From Centroscyllium fabricii (Eukaryota), in the NCBI GenBank assembly GCA_051313645.2, contig JBNRSN020000003.1, forward strand, positions 439,890,001-439,954,000: DNA of 64,000 nt, written 5' to 3'. A model generated the notes under the pieces. The model made no database searches. It saw only the letters and a program-made list of their open reading frames with translations, and was not told the origin of the DNA. A program made the position numbers and the translations under genes. Shown one piece after another: positions 1 to 12,132 of the stretch. Every line of letters begins with the position of its first letter. Position 1 is the first letter of the stretch.

Positions 1-1877
1 ACTCGAGCATTTTGCCCACTACTGATGTAAGGCTTACTGGTCTATAATTCCCTGCTTTCTCTCTGCCCCCCTTTTTAAAGAGTGGAGTAACATTAGCCAC
101 CCTCCAATCCGTGGGTACTGATCCAGAGTCTATTGAGTTCTGGAAAATGATCCTTAATGCACCCTCTATTTCCGGGGCTACCTCTTTAAGTACCCTAGGA
201 TGTAGATTATCAGGCCCTGGGGATTTGTCGGCCTTCAATCCCTTCAACTTCCCCAAAACCATCTCCCTAGAAATAAAGATATCTGTCAGCTCCTCCCTTG
301 CCTTGGACCCTATGTTCGCTGCTATCCCTGGGAGGTTGCTTGTGTCCTCCTTTGTGAAGACAGTACCAAAATATGAGTTTAGTTGGTCTGCCATTTCTTT
401 ATTCCCCATTATATATTCCCCTGAATCGGACTGCAAGGGACCGACTTGGGATTTTACCAATCTTTTCCTCTTGATGTACCTATAAAAGCTTTTGCAGTCA
501 GTTTTTATGTTTGCCGCAAGCTTACATTCATAATTTATCTTCCCCCTCCTGATTAATCCCTTTGTCTTCCTTTGCTGTATCCTGAACTGCTCCCAATCTT
601 CCGGCCTAGTACTTTTTTTGGCCAATTGATATGCCCATTTTTTGGATTTAATGTTGTCCCTTATTTCCCTTGTTATCCACGGTTGAGTCACCTTTCTAGG
701 TTTATTCTTATGCCAAACCGGTATGAACGAGTTCTGTATTTCTTCCATCCTATACTTGAATGCTTGCCATTGTCTATCCACATTCAATCCCCCCAGGAAC
801 ACTGCCCAATCTATCTTGCTTAATTCCCTTCTCATACCTTCAGAATTCCCTTTATTTAAATTCAGGACCTTAGTCTCTGAGTTGATCTTTTCACTTTCCA
901 TTTCAACTGAGAATTCGATCATATTATGATCGCTCCGACCCAAAGGGCCACGTACAACGAGATTGTTAATTAGTCCCTTCTCATTGCACAATACCCAGTC
1001 TAAGATGGCCTGATCCCGAGTTGGTTCCTCGACATATTGGTCCAGATACCCATCCCGTAGACATTCTAGGAATTCCTCCTCCTCACTATTTTTACTAACT
1101 TGGCTAGTCCAATCAATATGTAGATTAAAGTCGCCCATGACGACAGCTGTGCCCTTATCGCAAGCTTCTCTAATTTCCCTTTTTATGCCGTCCCCCACCT
1201 CCATATTACTATTTGGAGGCCTGTATATAACTCCCACTAATGTTTTCCGCCCTTTACTATTTCTTAGTTCTACCCATATAGATTCCGTATCATCTGAGTT
1301 AATATCCTTCCTTTCAATTGCATTTATCTCCTCTTTCACCAGCAATGCCACCCCACCTCCCTTTCTTTTGTGCCGATCCTTTCTGAACGTTGTATACCCC
1401 GGGATGTTGAGTTCCCAGCCTTGCCCCCCCTGCAGCCATGTTTCCGTAATTTCAATCAACTCATATTTGCTTACCTCTATTTCCACAGCTAGTTCATCCA
1501 CCTTGTTCCTAATGCTTCTTGCATTAAGATACAAAGCCTTTAGGCTTGTTTTGATCACACTATTATGAATTTGTTTGGCCCTTTGTGTTTCTCTCCCTTG
1601 TTTATTGTTTCTCACCTTCCTACCATTTGTTTCTGGCTTCCTATGACCTCCCTCTTTTCCACTACCTATCCCATCCCCCTGCCAAGTTAGTTTAAACCCT
1701 CCCCAACCATGCTAGCAAACCTCCCCGCCAGGATATTGGTCCCCTTCCGGTTAAGGTGGAGACCGTCGTCCCCATACAAGTCCCACCTTTCCCAGAAACA
1801 GGGCCAGTTATCCAGGAAACTAAAGCCCTCCCTCCTGCACCAACTCTTGAGCCACGTATTAAGCTGCTCTATCCTTC
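1..1877 (-). mobile_element. CR1 LINE: end of ORF1 (SGNH/GDSL esterase) and start of ORF2 (APE endonuclease), running off the window edge
   Basis: Minus-strand ORF1 ends ...WDLYGDDGLHLNRKG...GEGLN* (stop at 1687). ORF2 reads LYLNARSIRNKVDEL...ITETW...PGY...RKDR...GGGVALLVK from about 1545 downward. Confidence 0.9.
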
Positions 1878-1970
1878 TAGACATAGAAAATAGGAAACAT
1901 AGAAAATAGGTGCAGGAGTAGACCATTCGGCCCGTCGAGCCTGCACCGCCATTCAATACGTTCATGGCTG

Positions 1971-3860
1971 AACACAAGAACACAACACAAGGGCACAAGA
2001 ACAGAAGACACAAGAACACAGGAACACAAGAACACAAGAACCCCATAAATAGGAGCAGGACTAGGCCAATCGGGCCCCCGAGCCCGCCCCCTCACCCATC
2101 AAGATCATTGCTGATCCTACCCTAACCTTCGTACCACTATCACCCTTCTCCCACCCAAAGAACCGTGTGATCTCCTGGGAGAGGCGAAAAACCGGATAAA
2201 AACCCAGGTCCAATTTGGGAAAATAAATCCGGGAAATTCCTCTCCGACCCCAATCCAGGCGATCGAAACTTGTCCAGGAGATCACTCAGGTCTTACTATA
2301 CTAACCATAACTCAGGTCCACTTCCCTGCCCGTTCCCCGTAACCCCTAATTCCCTTGTCAGCTAAAAAACAGTCTATTTCGGTTTTAAATTTATTTAATG
2401 TTCCCGCTTCCACAGCTCCCTGAGGCAGTGAATTCCATAGATTAACCACCCTCTGGGTGAAGAAGTTTCTCCTCATCTCAGTTTTAAAAGAGCCCCCCCT
2501 TATTCTAAGACTATGCCCCCTAGTTCTAGTCTCCCCGATCATTGGAAACATCCTTGGCGCATCCACCCGATCAAGGCCCCTCACGATCTTATACGTTTCA
2601 ATAAGATCGCCTCTCATTCTTCTGAACTCTAAAGAGTAGAGTCCCAACCTACTTAACCTTTCCTCATATGTCAACCCCCTCATCGCTGGAATTAACCGTG
2701 TAAACCTTCTCTGTACTGCCTCCAGGGCAAGTACATCCTTTCTTAAGTATGGACACCAAAACTGCACACAATATTCCAAATGCGGTCTCACCAATACTGT
2801 GTACAGCTGCAGCAAGACCTCCCTGCTTTTATACTCTATCCCCCTAGCAATAAAGGCTAAGACTCCATTGGCTTTCCTAATCACTTGCTGCACCTGCATA
2901 CTAACTTTTTGCGATTCATGCACTAATACCCCCAGGTCCCTTTGCGTTGTATTACAATGCAGCTCCTCCCCATTTAGAAAATAACTTGCCCTATGATTTT
3001 TTTTTCCCAAAGTGTATAACTTCACATTTATCAGTATTAAATTTCATCTGCCAAATTGCTGCCCAATCACCTAGCTTATCTATATCCTTTTGCAGGCTTT
3101 TTCTGTCCTCCTCACTCCCTGCTTTTCCTCCCATTTTTGTGTCATCTGCAAACTTTGATATATTACACTTGGTCCCCTCCTCCAAATCATTTATATAGAT
3201 TGTAAACAGCTGGGGTCCCAGCACCGACCCCTGCGGAACACCGCTAGTCACCGATTGCCATCCCGAGTATGAACCATTTATCCCAACTCTCTGCTTCCTG
3301 TTTGAAAGCCAATCCTCTACCCATGCTAATATATTTCCCCCAATCCCATAATTTTTTATTTTAAGCAATAGTCTCTTATGTGGCACCTTGTCAAAAGCCT
3401 TTTGGAAGTCCAAGTATACCACATCCACCGGTTCCCCTTTATCCACCCGAGATGTTACTTCCTCAAAGAATTCGAGCAAATTAGTTAAACATGACTTCCC
3501 CTTCGTAAAACCATGCTGACTCTGTCCGATTAAGTTATGTTTATCCAAGTGCCCCGTCAGTGTTTCTTTAATAATGGTCTCTAACATTTTACCCACCACA
3601 GATGTTAGACTAACCGGTCTATAGTTACCAGCCTTCTGTCTACTTCCCTTTTTAAATATAGGTGTTACATTAGCCATTTTCCAATCCACCGGGACCCTTC
3701 CTGACTCCAGGGAGTTTTGGAAAATTATCACCAATGCATCCACAATCCCCACCGCTATTTCTCTCAAGACCCTAGGATGTAATCCATCAGGCCCAGGGGA
3801 TTTATCCGCCTTAAGTCCCATTAATTTACCTAATACCATCTCCTTAGTGATCTTAATAGT
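1971..3860 (-). mobile_element. 5'-truncated CR1 (HER1-like) LINE with RT domain, 3' UTR and (TTCTTGTG)n-like tail
   Basis: ORFs 2991-3839 ([33 protein letters not shown]) and 2312-3025 are split by a frameshift in a T-run near 3000. A short-repeat tail lies at 1971-2040. Confidence 0.92.
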
Positions 3861-3862
3861 GT

Positions 3863-4185
3863 TTAGCTCCTCCTATACTCACTAAATCGTGGCACAGGGA
3901 GTAATCCAGAGATTACAACCTTTGAGGTCCTGCACTTTAACTTTCTGCCTAGCTCCCTGAATTCTTGTTGCAGGACCTCATCCCTCTTTTTACGTGTGTC
4001 GTTGATTCCTATGTGTACAACGACCTCTGGCTGGTTTCCCTCCCTTTTCAGGATGTCCTGCAGCCGTTCCGTGACATCCTTGACCCTGGCACCAGGGAGG
4101 CAAAAGACCATCCTGGAGTCACGTCTACGACCACAGAAACGCCTATCTGCTCCCCTTACGATAGAGTCCCCTACCACTATTGCTT
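3863..4185 (-). mobile_element. CR1 ORF1 esterase fragment
   Basis: VGDSIVRG...CLPGARV...VVHIGIND...VVISGLLP are SGNH-hydrolase motifs typical of CR1 ORF1. Confidence 0.8.
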
Positions 4186-4187
4186 TC

Positions 4188-5610
4188 TCATGCCTTTCTA
4201 TCCACTTTATCCAGGCCCCTCATAATTTTATACACCTCAATAAGGTCTCCCCTCAGCCTCCTCTGTTCCAAGGAAAACAGACCCAGCCTATCCAGTCTTT
4301 CCTCATAGCTAAGATTCTCTACTCCCGGCAACATCCTTGTAAATCTCCTCTGTACCCTCTCTAGTGCAATCACATCTTTCCTGTAATGTGGTGACCAGAA
4401 CTGCACGCAGTACTCTAGCTGAGGCCTAACTAGTGTTTTACACAGTTGAAGCATAACCCCCCCCTGCTCTTGTATTCTATGCCACGACTAATAAAAGCAA
4501 GCATTCCGTATGCCTTCTTAACCACCTTATCTACCTGGCCTGCTACCTTCAGGGATCTGTGGACATGCACTCCAAGGTCCCTTTGTTCCTCTGCACTACT
4601 CAGTGTCCTACCATTTAATGTCTATTCCCTTTCCTTGTTAGCCCTCCCCAAATGCATTACCTCACACTTACATAGAAACATAGAAGATAGGAGCAGGAGT
4701 AGGCCATTCGGCCCTTCGAGCCTGCTCCGCCATTCAATGAGATCATGGCTGATCATCCAAACCCAGTATCCTGTCCCTGCCTTGTCCCCATATCCCTCGA
4801 TCCCTATCGAGCCTGCACCGACACATATCCCACCCTATCCCCATAACCCCACATATTTAATCCCCCTAACACTAAGGGTCAATTAATCATGGCCAATCAA
4901 CCTAACCCGCACATCTTTGGACTGTGGGAGGAAACCGGAGCACCCGGAGGAAATCCACGCAGACACGGGGAGAATGTGCAAACTCCACACAGATAGTACC
5001 AGAGGCTGGATTTGAACCCGGGCCCCTAGCGCTGTGATGCAACAGTGCTAACCACTATGCCACCGTGCCGCCCATTGATTTCTCCAGATTGAATTCCATT
5101 TGCCACTGTTCTGCCCACCTGACCAATTTATTGATATCTTCCTGCATTCTACAGCTTCCTTCTGCAGTATCAACCACACAGCCGATTTTAGTATCATCTG
5201 CAAACTTCTTAATCATACCCCCTATTTTCAAGCCTGGATCATTGATGTATACCACAAAAATCAAGGGACCTAGTACGGAGCCCTGCGGAACCCCACTGGA
5301 AACAGCCTTCCAATCACACAAACACCCATCAACCATTACCCTCGGCTTCCGGCCTCTGAGCTAGTTTTGAATCCACTTCAATTCAATTCAGTTCAATTTA
5401 TTGTCATTGCAGAGTGAACAAACACAATACAACGAAATGCATTCTTGCAAACTCCCAAGAAACAATGCAGATATTAAAATGTACACTTTGTCCTGGATCC
5501 CATGGGCTTTTAACTTTGTGACCAATATGCCATATGGAAACCTTATCAAAAGCCTTGCTAACCACATCAAACGCACTACCCTCATCTACCCTCCTTGTTA
5601 CCTCCTCAAA
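4188..5610 (-). mobile_element. Degenerate CR1 RT fragment interrupted by a SINE
   Basis: ORFs 4188-4454 (LVRPQLEYCVQFW) and 5055-5336 (QGSVLGP, FADD). Confidence 0.85.
4671..5073 (-). mobile_element. HE1-like V-SINE (tRNA head, V domain, CR1-derived tail)
   Basis: The minus strand has A box TGGCATAGTGG, B box GGTTCAAATCC, V-domain GTGTGGAGTTTGCACATTCTCCCCGTG...CCGGTTTCCTCCCAC and a (TATGTTTC)n tail. Confidence 0.9.
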
Positions 5611-5762
5611 AAAATTGGCAGCAAATAAGGAAAGGGAGGAGGAATACGAGGAATGAATCTCAAAATATAGTGATGATGATGATTAAAATAGTCTACAAAT
5701 ATATCAATAAAAAGAGAAGTGTTAAATGTGAGGTGGAACTAGCGAGGAAAGGTAGCGAGTTT

Positions 5763-6500
5763 ACATAAGAACGTAAGAAATAGGAGCAGGAGTCGGCCAA
5801 TCGGCCCCTCGAGCCCACTCCGCCATTCAACAAGATCATGGCTGATCTGATCCTAACCTCAAATCTACTTTGACTCTCCATCCCGCCCGAACCCATGTGA
5901 TCTCCCGGGAGAGGCGAAAAACCAGATAAAAACCCAGTGGCCAAATTGGAAGAAAAAATCTGGGAAATTCCTCTCCGACCCATCTAGGCGATCGAAACTC
6001 ATCCAGGAGATCACTCTGGCCCTGAATTTCCTGCAGAACCTACCTTCTGTAAGAGGGAACCAGGCCACACGGACCCCGGGCCCGCTCTGCCATCCACAGG
6101 ACCATGGCCGATCTGAACCTAGCCTCACGTCCACTTACCTGCCCGCTCACCGTAACCCCTAATTCCCTTTACTTCTAGGAAACTGTCTATCTCTGTTTTA
6201 AATTTATTCAATGTTGTAGCTTCCACAGCTCTCTGGGGCAGCAAATTCCACAGACCTACCACCCTCTGAGTGAAGAAGTTTCTCCTCATCTCAGTTTTGA
6301 AAGAGCAGCCCCTTATTTTAAGATTATGCCCCCTAGTTTTAGTTTCACCCACCATTGGGAACATCCTCACCGCATCCACCCGATCAAGCCCATTCACAAT
6401 CTTATATGTTTCAATAAGATCACCTCTCATTCTTCTGAACTCCAATGAGTAGAGGCCCAATCTACTCAACCTCTCCTCATATGTCAGCCCCCTCATCCCC
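5763..6500 (-). mobile_element. CR1 3' end (ORF2 C-terminus and 3' UTR)
   Basis: ORF 6125-6496 is nearly identical in protein to the C-terminus of 2312-3025 and has the same 3' UTR module. Confidence 0.9.
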
Positions 6501-6519
6501 GGAGTTTGTACAAAAAAAA

Positions 6520-8610
6520 CAGAAATTGGTATGAATGCTTAACATGTGCTTTGCATCAGTGGTTACAAAAGAGAAGGATACTGTGGAGGGAAATCCTGAA
6601 TTGGTTAAAAGGGAAATGAGATATTATTATAAATAAAAGGAAAGTATTAGAGAAGTTATTTGAGCTAAAGGAGGACAAAGTGCCAAGACTTGACAGGACA
6701 CATCTAAGCATCCTGAGGGATATGGGGAAAGAAATAGCAGAGGCCCTAAAAATATTTCAAGGTTCTATTGAGTGGCTGTGTGCCAGAGGACTGAAGAGCG
6801 ACCAAAGTAATACCCATTTTCAAAAAGACAGAGCTGACACAGCTAATTATAGGGCAGTAAATTTAACATTTGTAGTAGAAACATTTTTGAATTTTTAATT
6901 ACAGATGAAATTGCTAAATATTTAGGTGACAAATAATAAATAGAAGCAACCAACATAGAGAAAGGAAGATCACACTTTACAAACCTGGTACAGTGCTTTG
7001 AGGAGGTGAAGGAGGCAATGCAGTGTGTATCAACATTTACAAAGTTACACATAGGATACTTTTGGAGATAATTAAGGGGCATGAAACTAGAAGGGCAGCA
7101 AATTCGATTAAGAACTGGTTAGACAAGAGGAAATGGGGAGTAGAAGTTAAGAACAGTTTTCTCAGAATGAGTGGAAGTGGATGTTCTGGGACTGGACTGA
7201 TCCTGTTCTGGGACTGGACTGATCCCGTTCTGGGACTGGACTGATCCCGTTCTGGGACTGGACTGATCCCGTTCTGGGACTGGACTGATCCCGTTCTGGG
7301 ACTGGACTGACCCCGTTCTGGGACTGGACTGACCCCGTTCTGGGACTGGACTGACCCCGTTCTGGGACTGGACTGACCCCGTTCTGGGACTGGACTGACC
7401 CCGTTCTGGGACTCGACTGACCCCGTTCTGGGACTCGACTGACCCCGTTCTGGGACTGGACTGACCCCGTTCTGGGACTGGACTGACCCCGTTCTGGGAC
7501 TGGACTGACCCCGTTCTGGGACTGGACTGACCCCGTTCTGGGACTGGACTGACCCCGTTCTGGGACTCGACTGACCCCGTTCTGGGACTCGACTGACCCC
7601 GTTCTGGGACTCGACTGACCCCGTTCTGGGACTCGACTGACCCTGTTCTGGGACTCGACTGATCCTGTACTGGGACTGGACTGATCCTGTTCAATGTACA
7701 TCAATGATTTGTATATAGGCTGAGTGGAAGTGGTGTCCAAATTTGCAAACAATACTAAAATAGAATGTAAAGCAAATAATTCTGAGGACTAAAGGACACT
7801 GCAAGGGGAAACTGATAAGATGGTGGAACAGGCAAAAAAGTGGCAGATGGAATACATAAATTATTGCAAGGTGGTATATATTGATTTAAAAATAAAAGTA
7901 ATATTTATACTTTGAATGAGGGAAGGCTGGGTGATGTGGAACAGCACAAGGATTTGGTGGGGTGGGGGAGGAAATGGAAATTCAGGTTCACAAGATATTA
8001 AACGCATTGCCTCAAGTGGACCTAAACCTCTCTGCCTCGATCCTCCTTTAAGATGCTCCTTAAAACCTACCTTCATCTGCTCTAATATCTCTATGTGGCT
8101 TGATGTCAAATTTTATTTGATAACGCTCCTGTGAAGCACCTTGGGTGTTTCACTAAGTTAAAGGCACTATATAAATGCAAGTTGTTGTTGATGATGATGA
8201 AAAGGCCATAAAACAACTAATGGAATACTGAGTTTTACGGCACTAGGCATTGAATAGAATAGTCGAGATGTAATGGGGAATTTATGGAAAGCCTACAGTT
8301 TTGAGCTCCACGTTATAGTTAGGATGTTGAAGCAATAAAGATGGTGCTGCACAGATTCACTAGGATACTGCTCGACATGAGGGAATACAAATACAAAGGA
8401 AGACTTTAAAAATTGGTCTGTTTTGTCAGAACAGACGGGGTGATTTAACAAAGGTATTTAAATTTATGAAGCACTCAAACAGAGTAGTTAGAAACAGACA
8501 GTTTCCAGTTGTTGGGTTGAGAATGAGGGGACATATATCTTAAACATAAAAGATTTAGATCAGAGTGGAAGAAACCTTTTATTTTAAATACAGATAGTTG
8601 TGGAATTCAC
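6520..8610 (+). mobile_element. Old, highly degenerate CR1 ORF2 remnant
   Basis: Residual motifs (NYRAVNLT, YINDL, SKFANNTK-like) occur amid many stops and frameshifts. Confidence 0.65.
7183..7692 (+). repeat. 22-bp minisatellite GTTCTGGGACTGGACTGACCCC, about 23 copies
   Basis: Directly visible tandem array. The 22-aa periodicity of the overlapping ORFs equals 3 x 22 nt. Confidence 0.97.
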
Positions 8611-9139
8611 TACAGGTTGAGCACCGTTAATCCGGCACCCTCGAGACCAGACCGGTGCCGGACCACTGAAAATTACGAACCACTGAAGGTTCGGGGGGAG
8701 CGCGCGGTAGAACACTCCCCGGGAGGGAGCCCGGGGATAGAACACTTACAAACCCTTAAAAAAACAGAAACCCAAACGCCCGACGCCTTCGGAAACGGCG
8801 GCTGCTCCGCAAACTGAAGAGCGTCGGTTTCCAATCGTGCCGAACCACTGAAGCTGCTGAAACAGTAGAATTAGTGATTGCAGCAAAGATTGTGTCAACA
8901 TTTCCGAATAGGTTAGTTAGGTAGTTGAGGAAAGGAGCAATAAAACAGATGCGAAAACCGGTGGGGCACGAGATTAACACTACTGCTGGTGTGGTGAATG
9001 AACAGCAACACAGACTGGTTGGCTGAATGGCTGGTTTCCAGGTTGTAATTGCTACGTTACTATATATTAAAAGCTTAAAAGGTTTTTACCAATATTGCTC
9101 CAAAACTGGCCACTTGGACATATGCAAAACAGCTTAGAC

Positions 9140-9550
9140 CAGTGGTCCCCAACCTTTTTGCGTTCGCGACCCGTTTTGGGGTTGTCAATTTCTTCGCGGA
9201 CCGGTGGGGGGCTTCTGACGGAGATTTTTAGCCTCAGCGGGGGGGGGGGGCTGATGGAGATTTTCTAGGCTGGCGGGGTAATTAGACTGGCCGGCTGGGC
9301 TGCTGCCTTGCGTCTGTGACTCGTCTATCCTCGAAGGAAGGTTCCGAGAATCCGCGCATGCGCCGATTCACAGACCTTGTCAGCGGGCCGCGGCTGGGTC
9401 TGTGAGGCAGCGCATGCGCCGATTCACAGACCTTGTCAGCGGGCCGATCATTGGCCAACGGTCCGCGGAAAGGTCGTTCATTCGGCGCATGCGCGGCTTC
9501 TCAGAACCATCCGCGGACCGGTAAGACTGTTCCGCGGACCGGAGCCGCTG
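9140..9550. mobile_element. hAT (Charlie-like) non-autonomous element
   Basis: Starts CAGTGGTCCCCAACCTTTTT and is flanked by the 8-bp TSD GCTTAGAC (9132-9139 / 9551-9558). The right TIR is eroded. Confidence 0.85.
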
Positions 9551-11170
9551 GCTTAGACAACTCTTGATTGCATCTCATCCCCCTCCTGGAGGGAACAAGC
9601 TGCCCTCTACCAAGCACCATCCCACAGGGGCGCATCTAAAATGGAACTGAATGCATGGAAGAATGCAAATGTATCCTGCCACAACTTAACAGTGCATCAC
9701 GTTCTTAATATCATACTGCCCAACTGCTGTTTTACTTCATCTGCATTTCACTGACAACTATATACCATACGTTTTTCAGTTGGTATTTTAGTAATGGCAT
9801 TACAGTAAACTCTTGTTTAAACGGCACTTCATCATCCGGAATGCTCTAATAACCGACAAAATTGATACTCAGAAAACAACACCTCAATAACCGGAAATGG
9901 TGCCGAGTCAGAGTCAATGGGGGGGAAATTTTGCGGGTCCGTGAGGGCGGCTTTCCGGCGGGGTGGGGCCTAAAATCGTGGAACCGGGGGGGGGTTTCGA
10001 GCGGCGTATCCAGCCATCCCGAATCTTTCCCGCCCGCCACTGGCGGGGATGCTCGTTGAGGTAATTGAGGGCCCCTAATTGGACTGGATAATCCCATTTT
10101 AAGGGCCCTCACCTATTTTAAACCCCTTCCCACCCAATCCCCGCCATCCTGAAACCCCACTGGTCAAACCCAGCGGGATCACAGTGGCCTTGGTCATTTT
10201 CACCTTCAAGGCGTTGAAGGACCTAGAGCAGAATGCTTTCCAGGCCTTCAACACCCTGGAGGCGCAAGTGACTCCCTTGCCAATGGAAGGTGAAAATTGA
10301 TGTCCAGATAAGGATTATACCAGATAAAAGTTGGTCATATTATGTAAATAGCATTCAAATCTTATTTTATTTTTGTTTGTTAAAAATAGCTTCGGTAGGT
10401 ATACCTCTCCGTTATCCGGAATTTTCAATCAACTGGCACCATCCCGGGCCCGTCGGTGCCGGATACAAAAGAGTTCACTGTATTACTATCACAGGAAAAC
10501 TTGGCAAGCTACAGTTCAGAACATTTTCTATTTTTATTGAAAGGGCATAAACAAGACATAAAAAATTGGAACTCCACATGGTATACTAGTTATATCACAT
10601 CACAATGAATCTTACACTAAAAGTATTTCCAAACATAGTACAGGGTACTACAACTTTTGAGGTTTTCTATCAAAATTATAGGGGGTTGGAACTGAACAAT
10701 GCCAATGGGCAAGTGCCAATGGTACATGCCAAAAATATGCACAGAATAAAAGCTATGAATACATCTGAACAAAATCTGGAAAAGATTTGCAGTATTTCTT
10801 TGTATCACAATAGTGTGGCATAACTAACACAATATTTAACAATACAAGTCTTAAAGGCAGTAATTTACAGTATAAATATTATAATTAGCTATTCCTAAAC
10901 TTCATACTAATCTTGTAGTCAAATGATTAGACCCCCAAAAATGAACTACTGTACTGACAAGTCATTCGGCAAATTACCTGCTGCATATAACAATACTTCA
11001 TGACATACTGAATCTTTTTTAAGGAGATAGATAGATTTCTAGATACAGGTTGAACACCGTTAATCAGTTACTCGAAAAACCGGAAACTTCGAACGTCCGG
11101 CAACGATTTCCCCGACTGCCCTGCACATGCGCAAAATGGCCGCCGCGATTGATGCTTCGGCGAATGATCT

Positions 11171-12130
11171 CACATTGAACAACTTCTCTTTTGACTTCGC
11201 TCATTTCCTCCAAGTGAAAAGGTGTTGCTATGGGAACCCGCATGGGTCCTAGCTATGCCTGCCTTTTCACGGGATATGTGGAACACTCTTTGTTTCAGTC
11301 CTACTCGGGTCCCCTCCCTCACCTCTTTTTCCGGTACATTGATGACTCTATCGGTGCCGTTTCCTGCTCTCGCCCTGTACTAGAAGATTTCATTCACTTT
11401 GCTTCCAACTTCCACCCTTCCCTCACCTTCACATGGTCCATCTCCAACTCTTCCCTTCCCTTCGACTTCTCCATCTCCATCTCTGGGGATAGGTTATTGA
11501 CCAACATTCACTACAAGCCCACTGACTCCCACAGCTACCTGGACTACACTTCCTCCCACCCCGCCTCCTGTAAGGACTCTATTCCATTCTCCCAGTTTCT
11601 CCGTCTCCGCCGCATCTGCTCTGAAGATGGCACCTTCCACACCAGTGCTTCTGACATGTCTTCCTTTTTCCTCAACCGAGGATTCCCCTCTACTGTGGTT
11701 GACACGGCCCTCGAACGTGTCCGCTCTATCTCCCGCACTTCTGCCCTCGCCCCTGCCCCTCCCTCCCGGAACCACGAGAGAGTTCCCCTTGTCCTCACCT
11801 ATCACCCCACCAGCCTCCACATTCAACAGCTCATCCTCCGCCATCTGCAGCGTGATCCCACCACCAAATGAATCTTCCCCTCACCTCCCCTTTCCGCATT
11901 CCGTAGGGACCGCTCCCTCCGCGACACCCTAGTCCACTCCTCTACCACCCCCAGCACCCCTTCGCCCAGCACCTTCCCGTGCAAGCGCAGGAGATGCAAC
12001 ACCTGCCCTTATACCTCCCCCCTTCCCACTGTCCAGGGCCCCAAACACCCCTTCCAGGTGAAACAGCGATTTACATGTACTTCCTGCAATTTAGTATACT
12101 GTATTCGCTGCTCACGATGTGGTCTCCTCT
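11171..12130 (+). mobile_element. Penelope-like element fragment (RT and start of GIY-YIG region)
   Basis: AMGTRMGPSYACLF, FFRYIDD and HYKPTDSHSYLDYTSSHP, followed by CKRRRCNTC and VYCIRCSRCGLLY. Frameshifts and stops are present. Confidence 0.9.
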
Positions 12131-12132
12131 AC

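Noticed and set aside
7119-7752. 191- and 196-aa repetitive ORFs; possible CRISPR-like array
   Set aside because: These are by-products of a stop-free 22-bp minisatellite. There are no unique spacers and the context is eukaryotic.
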